From Perna viridis (lineage: Eukaryota), in the NCBI GenBank assembly GCA_037379345.1, contig CM074512.1:33604001-33668000 (forward strand): DNA of 64,000 nt. The letters are read 5' to 3'. This document shows positions 1 to 13,412 of this stretch, one piece after another (position 1 is the first letter of the stretch; each line of letters opens with the position of its first letter). A program made the translations under genes and the position numbers. The notes under the pieces are model-generated. The model was not told where the DNA came from. It was given only the letters and a program-made list of their open reading frames with translations, and searched no databases.

Positions 1-1635
1 AGGAGTTTATCAAAATGTTGTATACTATAAGTAAAGTATATTATAGCAAAAGAAAATGAAAGTTAAAATAAAAGATTTTGAGGTAGTTAAAAACATTCAT
101 TTTTTTCCTTTAGAATAATTCTTTCCGCTATATTAAAGTCAAATTCTTAGAAAATTTGAAATTGTTCCCTTTCTAAAATCATTGTTAATGACTTGCTGAA
201 CTATCTAATGCTGTTGAAGATCAGTAATCTGTTTAATGTTAAATATATTTTGGTTCCACTCCTCAATTTCTCATTTCCATAATATTTTCTGAATACTTTA
301 TGAGTTGCTTAAAATTTATGCTCTGAAGATGTATTTTTAATTTGAGTACGGTATTAATATTAAGCTATGAGCTTTTTTTTTCATTAAAATTTCAATAAAA
401 ATTTATGATTAATAACTTTCTAATTGAGTTTTAGATTATGCTCTCATTTTGCATAATCACACTTCAATATTCATGATTATTAAAGTTCCCATATTGGTCA
501 GGAATAAAAAAAAAATGTAGAGTTGTGGTTTGCTTTCACCAATTCCTTCATACAGACTCTCTCAGGAGTAATTTTGTTCTTTTATATAATCATATTATCA
601 CCACAGTAAGGATTGCCCATTGAAAAGCGTAATAAAAGGATAATAGATATTGAAATTCTGTTGTAATTAGCTTGGTAAATAAGCATTTGTGTTAGTGGGT
701 ACAAGGTTTGGCAAGATTGTAGGTGGCTTTGGTAATGGAGGTTTCTAGAATCACAATATCCAACTGTCTGACATTTGTCATTTTGATGAAATGATATCAT
801 ATTTAGAAATAGCAGTGATTTACAAATTGCATGTTGCAATGTCGCAGTGATGTAAAACCAATATGGTTCTAAATTGTCCATTTTAGATTGTAGCCACGTC
901 ACAAATGTAAGAAGGCAGATAAAACTGTCATTTTTAGAATTTGGACACGTCACTGGTAATATAATTGAACATGTAAATCACGATTTTATTGTTTTTGATT
1001 ATTTTACATAATATGATTTTCTAATCGTATTGAGCATGATTCATAGTCTCAATTGATGATGGCAATTACTGGCTTGAATTTTATATTAGGATAGCTCTGG
1101 GTTTTACAAACACGGGATCATAATCCAATCTACTTTAACTTGTAAATCTAAGTCTTATCACTGCTTGGTTAATTAGTTTATTAAGGGAAAGTGGCATGTA
1201 TTAACATCCCTGATTTTGGTTTGGTTAGGTCAGGGTTTTTATCTTGTCATCTTGTTTGAGCCTTATATAAGGCTTTAGAATAGTCAATTTTGGTGAAAAT
1301 TATAGTCAAACACCAGTAGTCATTAAGTTAGATAGAGAAATTAAGGTTGATAATTGAAGCTTCAATAAATATTCTCATTTGGCAGAGATTAATAGTCTCT
1401 GTAATATGGAATTTTGAAAAATGAAGAAAATTGATACTCTAAAATTGAGGTACCTTCTTTAAGTGTACTGTTGTGAAGAATGTCCTCTTGAAAAAGAATA
1501 TATTATAGAAAAAATAGAGAAAAGAATTCTTATTATCCAATTTAGGGCCATCAAGAGGCATGAACATATATAACCAATTAAAAATTTGACATTAACATTA
1601 ACATCATACACATGTACATATTTAAACCATAAAAA

Positions 1636-1696
1636 ACTTTTCTTTTTTAGGTAAGTGGTGTATTTTTGTTCTTTTGTTGTTCTTGGTTTGGTAAGT
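1636..1696 (+). promoter_or_regulatory. Candidate recursive splice site (ratchet point) with 40-nt cryptic RP-exon
   Basis: cttttcttttttag|gtaagt (AG 1649-1650, GTAAGT 1651-1656), followed by a second donor ttg|gtaagt at 1691-1696. Confidence 0.55.
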
Positions 1697-3191
1697 AACT
1701 GTTTCACTTATGATTATTTCCATTGAAAAAAACTGTGAACTTCTAACGTCCAGTGATAAATAACTGCATTTTCAAATAAATATGTCAGTGCCAAAAAGTA
1801 TTAAACCATGAAAGTTTTGAATCATCTGCCAACTTTACCAACTCTAGTTAAGAACAAATCTTTTTAATGATTTTGATTGATTGATTAGCAATTGGAAGTT
1901 TTGCCCTTAGTTTTGCCTATTTATCAGTTTTTTTGCACTTTATTTCCAAAAGACTACAAAAATATTCCAGCTATTAAGAGTTTATTGTCACTTTGATGGG
2001 TATTGAAGTATTTGTTTGGTTTGTACAAGTTGACAAAAAATTGCATGTAAACAATGTAGACAGGCCTCCAATTGCTCAGATACTTATTTGGTCATCTTTA
2101 TTTATGCATTATAGAATAATATCACCATGGAAAAAACACCATTCCCTGTTTGCATTTATTCCATCAATTATGCTTCTAACAGTAAAATAAATAGTTTAGA
2201 AAGAAGAAATAATTTTACAATCACTACAAATGATAGTCTTGTTATTATGTCGATAAAAAAGACCTCAAGTTAACGGATTCTGTCTGTGCTAAACTTGCTT
2301 AATTGAGTCCTTTCTATTGACAAGGGACAACATTTTGTGATAATTTGCTTTGTCAATGGGTATGGAGGACACAATGTCTTTTGTAACACTTTTTTTTCTA
2401 TACAGTTTGATCATTATTTACCACTAATGAGTAATAACTGTCCATTGGTAAATTGATTTCTTTATACAAGTTTCAGGTCTAAATTCACTTACTAGAGTGA
2501 AAATGCCAGATTTTGGAAATTGCGCTTCTGCAGAATTCTATTGCATGATCAAAGCTACAAATCAAATATTTTGTCAACAGATGTCATTTTCAATTTGGTC
2601 TGCACATTAAATTCTTTCCCCCTTTCTAAAAAATATATTGAGAAATGTAAGACACAAAAATATTTTACACCTTACAATAATGTTTTTAGTGAATCATCAT
2701 TGAAAAAATTGTGTGTAAGTTGAGCAGGTATATAGAGTGACTTAGGGATATAATTTGAGATTTTGGCAGGTGTTCGTTCTAATTAGTAATTATTCAGGTT
2801 TTATTGACAGGAAGGCTTATTATAGCAATATATACCATTTACATTCCAATGGGAAGAACTTGAACATGATGCTTCTACTTTAATCATTTTCTCAATTTGA
2901 TCAAATCTTAAATCACTTGTCTTGAGTTCAGTTGTACTTGTGAAGCGTGACTGCAGTCGTAATGATAGTGTTCATTTACATAGAACTATAATTTAATTGG
3001 TTGTTGAGCAATAGTTTTGTAAAAATTTGCTTTTTCGTTATTATAAGATTTAACTTGTAGACATTTTGAACAACTGTAATGTAGTTACCCAAAACAATAT
3101 TTGAATCTGAATAATAATGAAAATGTTTCTTTGGCATGTATGTATTTGTAAGGATAGAGTAACATTCTGTAGTGAATCCTGGTTTACATAG

Positions 3192-3347
3192 AAGAAGTAT
3201 TTAAGGGAACCAAGATTCTAGCATAAATCAAAAGAATGTAATCCAGGGACAAAGACCCGACATGGAAAACAGACATATGCAACAAAGAACATAAAACAAA
3301 TATAATAATACATACAAAGTAACAAAAGTGAATAAGCAACTCAGACT
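3192..3347 (-). mobile_element. 3'-end fragment of the same Penelope-like family
   Basis: aagggaaccaagattctag...aaagaatgtaatccagggacaaagacc...catggaaaacagacata...catacaaagtaacaaaag matches 30450-30595. Confidence 0.75.
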
Positions 3348-6300
3348 GGAAAAAGTCTGCTAAGGAAAATATTGTCAAAATGAAAACAAAAGCTGAAGGA
3401 GTTCAGAACTATAGGAATAAAGAGATAAAGATAAATTCAAATAATGCTGTAGCACCAATGATTTGTAAAAAGAAAATGCCAGGATGGAGTGTTAAATAAT
3501 TGCTGTAAGAGTTATCCTTCTTGGCTACAATCCAAGGTTAACCTCTGAGTAGGAGTGCAAGGTTATTGCAGTATGTTTTTCATGTTTTTTTATGGAACTG
3601 GCCATGACTTTTTCTGGAAGTTATTAATTAGGATTAGCGTTAACTTCCTGATTTCATCTTAACCTATTTGCCATAAGTTTCTAATACCTGGTATTGTTTC
3701 CTTCTTTTGTTTTCACGATAATGCTTTTAATTATTGCAAGTTCTTTGAAGGTTGAAAAAACACGTGACAATGACCAATCAAATCTTAAAAGCAAAGTTGG
3801 ATAATACAAAATGGTAATGAAATGATTTCTCTGTTCAGTTGGATTTCTAATTTTGTTTTTTAGCTTACACCCAGAATAAAAAAGAATTGTCAAAATATTA
3901 ATTTTTCACTAAATTTGTATTGGGCATGAAGCATTAAAGAATCTCCATAATCATTTCTCATGCAATGGAATATCTTTTCTTTTCTGAGACCATGAAATTC
4001 AAAATCTGAAATAATATATATATTTTTTTTTTTATCAAACCTGACATTCTAGGCAACTGGTGAAAAATCTACATGTATTTTTAATCCTTTTTCCTGTTCT
4101 TATTTTCAACAAAACGTTTTTAACTTTGTGGTGACTAAATCTGAAGCTGTACAGAAAACTTTCTAAGTAGTTTTCTATGAAACGACTATAATAAGATGTC
4201 CATGAGCTAATGTATCAGTTCTCAAAGTTATAATTCAGCCTGAACATTACCTAGGCCTGTTTTTTAAAAGTCAAATCCTGTGAATAACAAGCCAATTACA
4301 GGAAAAGAAAATGTTGAAAACTTTATTTTTGGCTTGTGAGTAAAACAGTTTATCATGGAAAACATGTTTTACTCACTAATTTGTTGTTTATAACCAGATA
4401 AAATAAGGATGTGCTTCTAACATAGTATACTGAGAAGTTAAGGCTAATCTTTAAAAATACTATCAGCATATGATAATAGTACCAAGTAAAATAACAGCTG
4501 GAAATGTTTTTCATTATATTAATTATCATAAGTATGAAGCTATTACTGTAGATATCATCTTATCTTTCACACGAGTATGCATGAATACCGTATACTCTCA
4601 CACCTTTTTGTCAACTTTTGATCATTGTTTTTTTTTTTCTTTAATATTTTAAAATTAGTCAACCTGTTTTATCTGATTATCACTGATCCAGTCATTTTAA
4701 AGAGAGGAAAAAGGGTAGTTTACCAATTTGTCAAATACACTATAAATGAATTGATGGATTGAATTGCACATGAAATTAATAAGTTTTTTTCCCATGTGAA
4801 TTGTTCCATAATTGAAAAAATGAATTGAAAGAAAAAGGTGAATACCCCCTTCTATCTGCTAATATACAGCTCTTTGGTTCCAACAGGTGCCTGATCAGAC
4901 AATTTTCTCACAAGTTATAGATAAGTACACTTTAAAACTGAAATTTTAGTACATTATTAAATTTTTTTCTTAAGTTTCAATAAATGAATGAAACTCCATG
5001 TTGTGTATATCTGATTCTATCTAAATAAAATCCTGGCTTGCCTTGTCTATTCTAAGGCCTATTTTCCATTAGGCTCATATGAATTGAGATGGTTTTGAAG
5101 TACACTAACTTAGACAATAGATTGCTTATATGGCTTATTTATTACATTGACATAATAGGTATATATCTTTAGAAATTTTTATAATGGAAGATAGACATGA
5201 AGAAATGTCCACTTAGGGACTTAGAAACAGATTGTTAGAGTTAAGAGAAAATGCTGTTTGTCTATAAGTAAAGCTCTCTTGTACAGTGATAGATGGCTTG
5301 GAAAGGTCAGCTAGATTGAAAAGGTTTATAGAATTTGGATTGTAGATTTTTCATCAGCTCATGAAGAATGATTTGATCAAATGGCAATTGTCTAATGGCT
5401 CCTTTGTGGTTATTTTAAAGCCACATTATGGGCCAGTTGTAAACAGATGTGTCTAATGCTTTACTTATTCCATGTGGTGGCAATTGGCACATGTTCACAG
5501 ATTTTGCTAAATTAAACTTGACCAAGGTGATAGTTGTAGAGTCCTGTGCAGTTAAAACTCTAGCACCAGGAATAAAGGTTTCAGCTGACCCAGGTGAGAG
5601 TTATAGAGTCTTACATATGCACTTGAAACTTGAGTAAGGGGTTTAGTTGACTCAGATGAGAGTTGTAGAGTCCAGTGCAGTAAACTCTCCAGCACAAGGA
5701 AGGAGGGGCTTCTTGTTTCATTGCTGATATTTAAATGAACTCCTTCAATTTTTTTCAAAGCTGAAGCACAAAGTTGTTGACCTTAAAATACAAATTAATG
5801 TTGATTTAGGTGTATCTTATATAATTACAGTTTTCATTGAAGAGGTTTTGACTTTTTTTTTTCCTTTTCCAAAATGGATGTGTCTTTCAATAATATGCTA
5901 AAGACTTAAATATAATAGAAAATTCTATGGGTATCATCTAAGTATTAAATTGTATTGTTTCTTTGCATGAGTCTATTTTTTTCCCCTGACTTTCTTCTAT
6001 TTCAAGACATTTCCATACATTTAATGCTACTTAATTACAGTTTTGTATAGAAATGTAGTGTGTAAGTGTTAGACAAAATCTAATTCCATTAGTGGGTCTT
6101 TACTGTGAAGAATAGAGATGACTGATCACTTTTATAGTCTTCAGAGTCAACCATGCAAAAAAAAAAAACTGCTGGGACGACATTTCTTGACAAGAATTTC
6201 CCATTGATAGATCTTATACTATATGTCACCAATTGTTAAAAGCACTCCCAAATAATGGAAATATGAAATGGGCATTAATCACATGAAATGATACTCTCCT

Positions 6301-6499
6301 TCATAATTCATTGGCTTGAGAAAAAAATGGAAATCTTAGACGACAAACACAAATTTGCGATTAATACAATGTTCTAAGTACTATAGGGTTAATATCTTCA
6401 TTTTGAAGATGCAATTTATATGGCTGATTCGGAAATGTAGCACAGTCCTGTTAGAAAACTGTCAATGAGACAGTGGCATCAATAGTTTGCAATCTGGTA

Positions 6500-6931
6500 A
6501 TATTAATTACGTAGTGATTTAGTGGCCGTGTTCAGAATTTACCCTGGTCAGTATATTTCATACCCGGCAAGGCACAGCCGAGCCAGGTATGGAATCTACT
6601 GATTAGGGTAAATTCTGTAAACGGCCACTCAATCGCTATGTAATGAATTTATCCCATCGATGACTTTGTTTTTGTTTTTTTTTTTTAAAGAAAAAAAGAT
6701 AATTTATACCCGATATTTATATAGCAATAACTTTTGTTTTGTATGTCATCTGCCGTAAGCGAAGCAAAACGTTTGGTCGCCATTTTGGTTGTAGTAAACT
6801 AAAAAACGATAACTGACCGGGTATTGCTAAAATAGTGACCGTGTATCGGAAATACACTGTCCTCACGTGATCAAAATACAGAGCGCCGATTAGTTGATTT
6901 CAATTGATAATTATCAGAGGTGGGGTAAATA
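6500..6931. mobile_element. CpG-rich non-autonomous element with a 139-bp terminal hairpin (family uncertain)
   Basis: Hairpin 6506-6644 with ~63-bp arms. A second short inverted pair is atttatcccatc (~6647) / gtggggtaaat (~6920). The internal motifs cgccatttt and tcacgtga and the CpG enrichment contrast with the flanks. Confidence 0.6.
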
Positions 6932-9660
6932 CAAAATAACCTGTTAAATTTAGTGAAATTTCTGATACAAATATTCAGGGGAATCATAGGATAATAACTG
7001 ATACCATGGCCTGAAGGTTGCAAAAACCATGCACTAAACCTGCAGGCAAAGAGGGTTCAGTTAGGACAAATTTAATTAGTCTTGTATGGTTACAAAAACC
7101 TTGCTCAAATATGTAGTCAAAAATATGTTCAGTTTCAATGTCAACTTGCATTCTTATAAAACTGAAGTTGATTATTTTACATGAAATTTAGTATTTTTTT
7201 GCTGAAATTCTTATTGCTCAGTCATATAATTGTAGCTATATAAAATTTAAGCTGTGTTTCAAGGTTTGTTGAAAGGTTATTTAAGGAAACCCCAGTTTCT
7301 GCATTCTCTGTTCATACATGCTTGATACATTGCAGAATTTTTATCAATATTTTGGCATATTTCATGTGGTTTTATGATAAGGAAGTGTGGCGTGGAGGAT
7401 ATAGTGCAGTATGCTTTGGAATTTTTATTTTGGTAGATTTATATCCACTGCATACCAGGAAGATGATGAAAAAATATGCATCAAAAGTTTGTATGTGATT
7501 GTTGCTACTGGTTTTATGGTCATAAAGATGTGTAATCTGTTTACTGTTTGTCTTAATTAAGCATTTAAGTTGCAGTAAGACATTGAAAAGCCTTGTCTGT
7601 TAGTGCAACTGTGGAGGGCACTTGTAGTTTTTGGCCGATATTGCTAACCACCATACAATTGTCAATTTGAGGACAAATTCTTGCATAATCTTAAATTTTT
7701 TTATTTGTCTAGTAGTTTCATGGTTTTGTTCATCTATAGAGCTCTTTGATTTTGATATTAGCAACCTTGACATACTATTTCTTTCTGGACTTTTGAAATT
7801 TGATTGCTATTTCTAATGATAGCATACTTTCTTGATTTGTATATAGGGTTATTAGATTGAAACCTGAAGATTAGGAGTATAGCTTTTACTTTAGTTTGGC
7901 TGTGGGACCAATATTTAAATTACTTGGCCATCAACTTTCTATTTGCTAGTGAAGTGAGTCAAATATTTCTATTTAATTTGTCTGTTAGTTGCTAACTTCC
8001 GTGTCATTTTAAACTTAGTTATACATTGAAAATGATACAATTCAATTTCTTGCCAGACATCAAATGTAAAATGAATTTGTCTGAGAAAAAGAAACTGAAC
8101 CAGGTCCTGGATATTTAGTGTTTTGTAAATAAGAAAAAATTTCGGGCTTGAAGCTGATTTACATGCAAGATAAATAAACTTTCGTATGTTCCCTCAGCTA
8201 CATGTTTTAAGTTCACATGCCTCATAGGATTTTATATAAGTGTTTCACAAGTTAATGTCATGTTGAAGGCTAAAGACAATTTGTTGAGGTGACAACCAGC
8301 AAAGTTTATCATGTCCTTTTTACTTGTTTAAGACAACATTTTAGTCATTTTAGGGATGTGTCGTTTTGATTGACATTTGTGAATTAGCTGAAATTGTCCC
8401 TAATGATTGATTTTAAGATATAAGTAATGGCAAATCTCGCATGGAAAATTGTAATATTTTGAACTAAGCATAATGCTTGGATGAATTAAAATATGGTTTA
8501 GAAATATCTTTTTTCATCACAATGGCTTTTTTTTATTTAAAGAGACTTCAGAGCATGATTTTGTTTACTGGCATTGGATTTGGCTTTTGGTTAAAAGAGT
8601 TTGAATTTGTCAGGTTTTTGGTTTAGAAAGAGTTGAAATTTGTCAATTTTTTTTTTTTTTTTGAAACATTCATTTTTTATAGAGTTTTGGTGAAGTAGAT
8701 GTTGGATTTGTTCTGTTTTTGGTTTGGCTTGATCAGTTGCCTATAACTACCACCTGTATGAATTAAGAGTGTGTAGGTTTTCCAACTAGTTTTGAAGGTG
8801 TTTCAGGAGTTGGTATTTGGATTGACATTTCAGGGATGTTCACTGATTTACCAGTTTGTAACCTGCTGTAGGTATTTGCCAGTGTGCTGGCACCTAATTC
8901 TCAATGTACTCTACCTACCATCTTTCCATTCTAATGAGTTCGAGTGCACACCAGGATTCTGATTAACTCAATTTTCATGTTGTTTCTAATACAATCATAA
9001 TGTTTGAATGCACTTTTACCCGCTTTATTCAGTTTCATCAATCAATGTTCTGCATATTTCTATCAGTGTTGTCTTTGGAAGTCTTTTGGGGCACGAATTG
9101 TTCTGTAAATCATGTTAATTTGCTTGTGATTTTAATTTGTATCTGACTATGGCTAAATGCCTTCTGACAGAAATGTGTATCTTTTTTTCTAATTGTGCTG
9201 CATGCAATAAATCTATTATTCTCTCAGTGTTGATTTCTGGGTTCTTTTTAAGTCAATCTTCTCAACTTTTCCAGCATTTAAGATTGCTTCTGAGTTCTGA
9301 TTTGCTGTGTCAGTATTAAATAGTGCTAAAAAACTGACACTGCAATTTGTTAAGTTTATTTTGCAGTGTCAGCATTTTTTGTGTGTGCTGTACTGTTAGA
9401 TTGAAATACAGAAAGTTTAAAATTTACTTAGTGTTTTTAGGCCATGTTGCTACTGTCAATCTAATGGAGTATCAGTGTCTTTGTATTCAAAGGATAATAA
9501 CCTCCATTTGAATTTCTTGATCAAATCATGATATAGTATGTATTAACTTAAATAGGAAGAAATATTTTCATAGAGCTATTTGAACAATAACATTTTCTCA
9601 GCTAATGACATGATTGGGTAGCCTTTTTAGGTGTTCCTCAAATTGATATGTAGGTTAATT

Positions 9661-9693
9661 CTGCTAGAATCTTGGTTCCCTTGATCACTCTTT
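9661..9693 (+). mobile_element. 33-bp extreme 3' tip of the same Penelope-like family (opposite orientation)
   Basis: ctagaatcttggttcccttgatcactct is the reverse complement of 54682-54709. Confidence 0.6.
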
Positions 9694-10709
9694 CAATGAC
9701 CTTCACATTACCTTAACCTTCATATCTTTGTACTTTTATGAATGAAATGGAGATATTTGTTTATATACACTGAAGTTTGCCTCTATCTTTTTTTTTTTGC
9801 CAAGATACTAATCTGTTAAATTAGAGAATGCCTAATTTACTTTAATCAAGTGTGAAAATAATGTGATGTAAATTTGATCAAGTTTCAATGATCAGTAAAG
9901 CTACACTATAATGGCACATTTTAAGTTTTGTTGATTACATCATGTCAGTTATGATAAATGAGTAGTTTAGTTCACACTTTGTGAAATTGCAATTTATGCA
10001 TGTGATTTCTTGAATTTATTGATAATCTAATTCTCCAAATTGTTCACTTTGCCCAATTATTGAATATGGGTTTGATATTTTAGATAAAATTGAATTCCAG
10101 TTTTTTGTTTCTGTTTTTTTTTTAACTTTTCAATATTCAATTTAAGTATTCAATGCAGTTTTAGTCCTAGTTTCATAGAAATGAAGTTTTTTCAATATCA
10201 TGAATGTCTGTCAGACATTAAAAAAAAAGAAGGTAGGTTTATCCTACAGTAAAAACCTAAATTTCTAGATATATTAACCACTACATAGTCCTGTAACTTG
10301 ACATTGCTGATTTGCAGTATTAAAACGGAAAAACTTATTCACATGCTCTCTGAAAAAAGCACTCATCTATATGTTTGTATTCTTATGAAATGAGTTGAGA
10401 TAAACTCTCAGTATAAATCTTCAGCTATTGCTTTTTTGTATCTGGCAATGTTCCTTTGATTTTTGAACTATCATTTTAAGTTATTATTTTATAATGGAAT
10501 TTTTTATTGGAGTTAACTTTATTGTTATAATATCATTGTCAGTCCACACCCAATTGCTAATCAGTGCTTTCAGTACTTTGATTATTTTAAATGGCCCCTT
10601 TATCTTTTAAGACTTTTTGATGGATAAGCTAAATGCTTTAATTCCTGTTTGTATAAATCAAATCAATTTTACAGATGTTTAACTCAGTAAATACAAAACT
10701 TCTGAAATA

Positions 10710-10965
10710 GGTTAAAATTTCAAACCTAGATATACTTATTATAAGATGTTAATGTTCCTTGCCAAGTGTGTGGCAAACAAGAGACAGACTGGTTGGCTTG
10801 GAGTCAAAATTATATGTCAGAGAGAACAGTGGCATGTCCCTTTTGAGCTATGGCTTCTGTAAGCTAGTGTGATAAATTCCAGGCTAGGTCTGTTCAAATG
10901 ATCAAACATTTTGTCCTTAAATGTATTGAATACTTCCCAATGAAAGTAACACTTTAATCGATCAA
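10710..10965 (+). mobile_element. Degenerate SINE resembling mollusc Meta-domain SINEs
   Basis: agactggttggcttggagtcaaaattatatgtc...catgtc...aagctagtgtgataaattcca resembles my recollection of the common bivalve SINE core (agactggttggctcggaatcaggataatgtgtcc...gagctagcactataaaaatcc). Not verified by alignment. Confidence 0.45.
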
Positions 10966-11841
10966 TTAGTCTGATTTTCTAACATGCATAAGGCAAGCAT
11001 ACATGTATGTATTTATACAGTGCTGTGACTTGCATATTTTACTTTAAATCCCCCATATTTGTAAAAGGAGATAATTTGATAAGAGGACAAGAGTTTAAAA
11101 AGTGTTCAATTTTGAAATGCTAGCAATATTGACTGCTGAATAGGTAAAAACAAAATCTTAATAGTGAATTTTGTTGCAGGTCTTAACTTACTCTGGTAGA
11201 GGTCATGACCTCAGCACATTCCCATGTCTTGCAAATATTTTGGAAAGCATGACAAGTAAAGCAGTGCATGTACAATATATTGTTCTGATGCTCATAATGT
11301 AATATGCAGTAGAATGGATTTTAGAACTACATTTAATGATATGATAAACATTGGTAAGAGATCAAAATATAAATGGGATCTTTTCTTTACAGAGTTAGTG
11401 CCCCAATTATTTGAAATCATGTGACATGTGACTGGATCTTTAATTTCATCAGGGACATTTGAAACTTGATATCATTTAATAAATGTTTCAATTGATATTT
11501 TTTATTTTCATACCTGCAAAATATAGATTAATAATTCCAATGTCATTGTTTGAATGACTTGCTGATTGTATAATACTGAAATTATTTGTCTTATTTTGCT
11601 TATAAAATTACCAAAAGTCATTCTTGAAACAAGCAATTTATACTATTTATCAATTATTAATCATGATATGAATAATTACTGTATTCCAAACCCTTGGGAT
11701 GGTTGTTGTTAAGACTCCCTTACACATGAATTCATTTCACCAGTAGAAAAAAAAAAGAGTCATGAGATGTTCCGTAGAACATTTCATGTCAATTTTAGAC
11801 AATGAAAGGAATGTTTTATTTACAACAAAATATGTACCTAC

Positions 11842-12103
11842 CATAGATTTCAACTATCATGCCGAAGGGCATGACTAGTATCGATACTAAGAGATCCGCT
11901 ATGGCAAGAGACATCAGAAAATAATTTGTCATATTTTGTAATCGACGGTCCCATATCACAGCAAGGCACACTAATAAATTTCCGAGTGAAGTACAAAATA
12001 TCAGTGGTATTAGGGATAACATTCCCCATCGTAACTCTCTCTCTTCTCCAAAGTCAGAAGAATTTCCTACACTTTGATTTAGAACAGTAGTATTTTCTAT
12101 CAT
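11842..12103 (-). CDS. HTR2: Second 5-HT2-type receptor paralog (gene B), coding exon 1 (N-terminus, TM1, TM2); the remainder probably lies beyond the left edge
   Basis: ATG 12103 has an in-frame upstream TAG at 12142-12140. The exon encodes sequons NTT/NQS/NSS and [48 protein letters not shown]. The donor TATG|GTAGGT (GT at 11841-11840) falls after 87 codons + 1 nt, the same residue and phase as in gene A. I recognised no TM3-7 exon in 1..11841. The subtype call rests on TM1-2 only. Confidence 0.85.
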
Positions 12104-13187
12104 GATTTGTTCGCACTGTGTTTTATGTTCTCTGCATTTCTATTGCATCTCTGTATAATAAGTTTTCATTAAACTTTATTCCAATCACTTATATTTTCTC
12201 CAAAATGAATTCATCTTTTCTCATATTCCTATTGTTATACAAGTTATGAAAGTTAATCTTAGTTGTTGTACTTAGTGTTTTCTAGATCTTTGATTAATTA
12301 GTAATCATTCAAAAACCTTAAGTGGTTTATTCTTAGCTCTCATGGATATAAGTTAAAACCACAAATTCTTTCGTTTAAAACATAAGGTACAGTGCACTGA
12401 CTCAGTTTTCATTTATGTATTTAAAACATGTGTAAACTGTTTGAAGATGATAATGAAGAGCTCAGGACAACCTTCTGTGATAGCACACCAACCCACTCCC
12501 AATGTTCATCAAATCTTCACAGCTGCCAGAGCATCAATAGTCCAATCAGTGATCAGCATTCTCTGATGATTTGGATCAATAAATTGTTTATATGTGGAAT
12601 TGTTATTTAGTTTTTTAATGAACCGAATAAGATGTTAATTGATTCTCAAATGTTAGGAATTAACACAAGGTAATAGATAATTAGCGTTGGTGGAATTACC
12701 AGATTGTTCTTTCCAGAATGTCTCTGTTTAGACAAAACATCCCAATTACTGAACAAAATATGAGAAAATTATGGTGTAAATTGTTATTAATGATGTATCA
12801 AAATATAAGTATTATGATTAATGAATGTTGTTTTCTACAGTATTGGTATATTTTTCCATATTTAAGACATTTTTCCTTTTTTGTTGTAAGTAGTTTTACA
12901 CTACTGATGACCTGTATAATTAAGATACTTTTCCCAGAATGTACCAGGATGTTAGAACTTGATAAATTACAAGAGAAATGTGTTATAAATCTAGTTCTTA
13001 AATTGTAAGGGTAATCATAATATATTTCTTTTGTGATTTTGAATGTATAAGAAAAATCTTTGTATTATTGTTACTTAGGATCATACCATTCTGTGCAATT
13101 TTTGCAGTTCCATATTTGGTATAAGTAGAAACTCAATTCAGTATGCAGTATTTTTTGTCATCATTAATTATACATAAAAAAAATCCT

Positions 13188-13260
13188 TAGATAAGTCGAA
13201 GTGGACGATAAGTCAAGGCTGAAAAAAAAAATATTGACTTATAGTCCAGAAAATATGGTA
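13188..13260. mobile_element. Terminal remnant of a mariner/pogo-like element
   Basis: Repeated gataagtc and the terminus gacttatagtccagaaaatatggta resemble TA-flanked CCGTA-type mariner ends. Only one end is visible. Confidence 0.4.
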
Positions 13261-13412
13261 ACTGTGTACTACTGACTTTACCATTTTGTCTGTTTTTGTT
13301 GAGATGTCTAATCAATGAATTAAGATATAGTATTGTATAGTTTCGTTCTGTACTAGACAAAAATATTTATTTCATATTCAATTGCATTGATGAACTCAAA
13401 GAAAAACAATTA

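Noticed and set aside
582-953. 123-aa minus-strand ORF as possible gene B exon 2
   Set aside because: It has no TM3-7 motifs (no DxxxxT, DRY/ERF, CWxP or NPxxY) and no hydrophobic helix pattern.
11842-12103. Idea that this is an alternative first exon of gene A
   Set aside because: On the minus strand it lies downstream of the gene A stop (37944), so it cannot splice to exon 39076. It must belong to a separate paralog.
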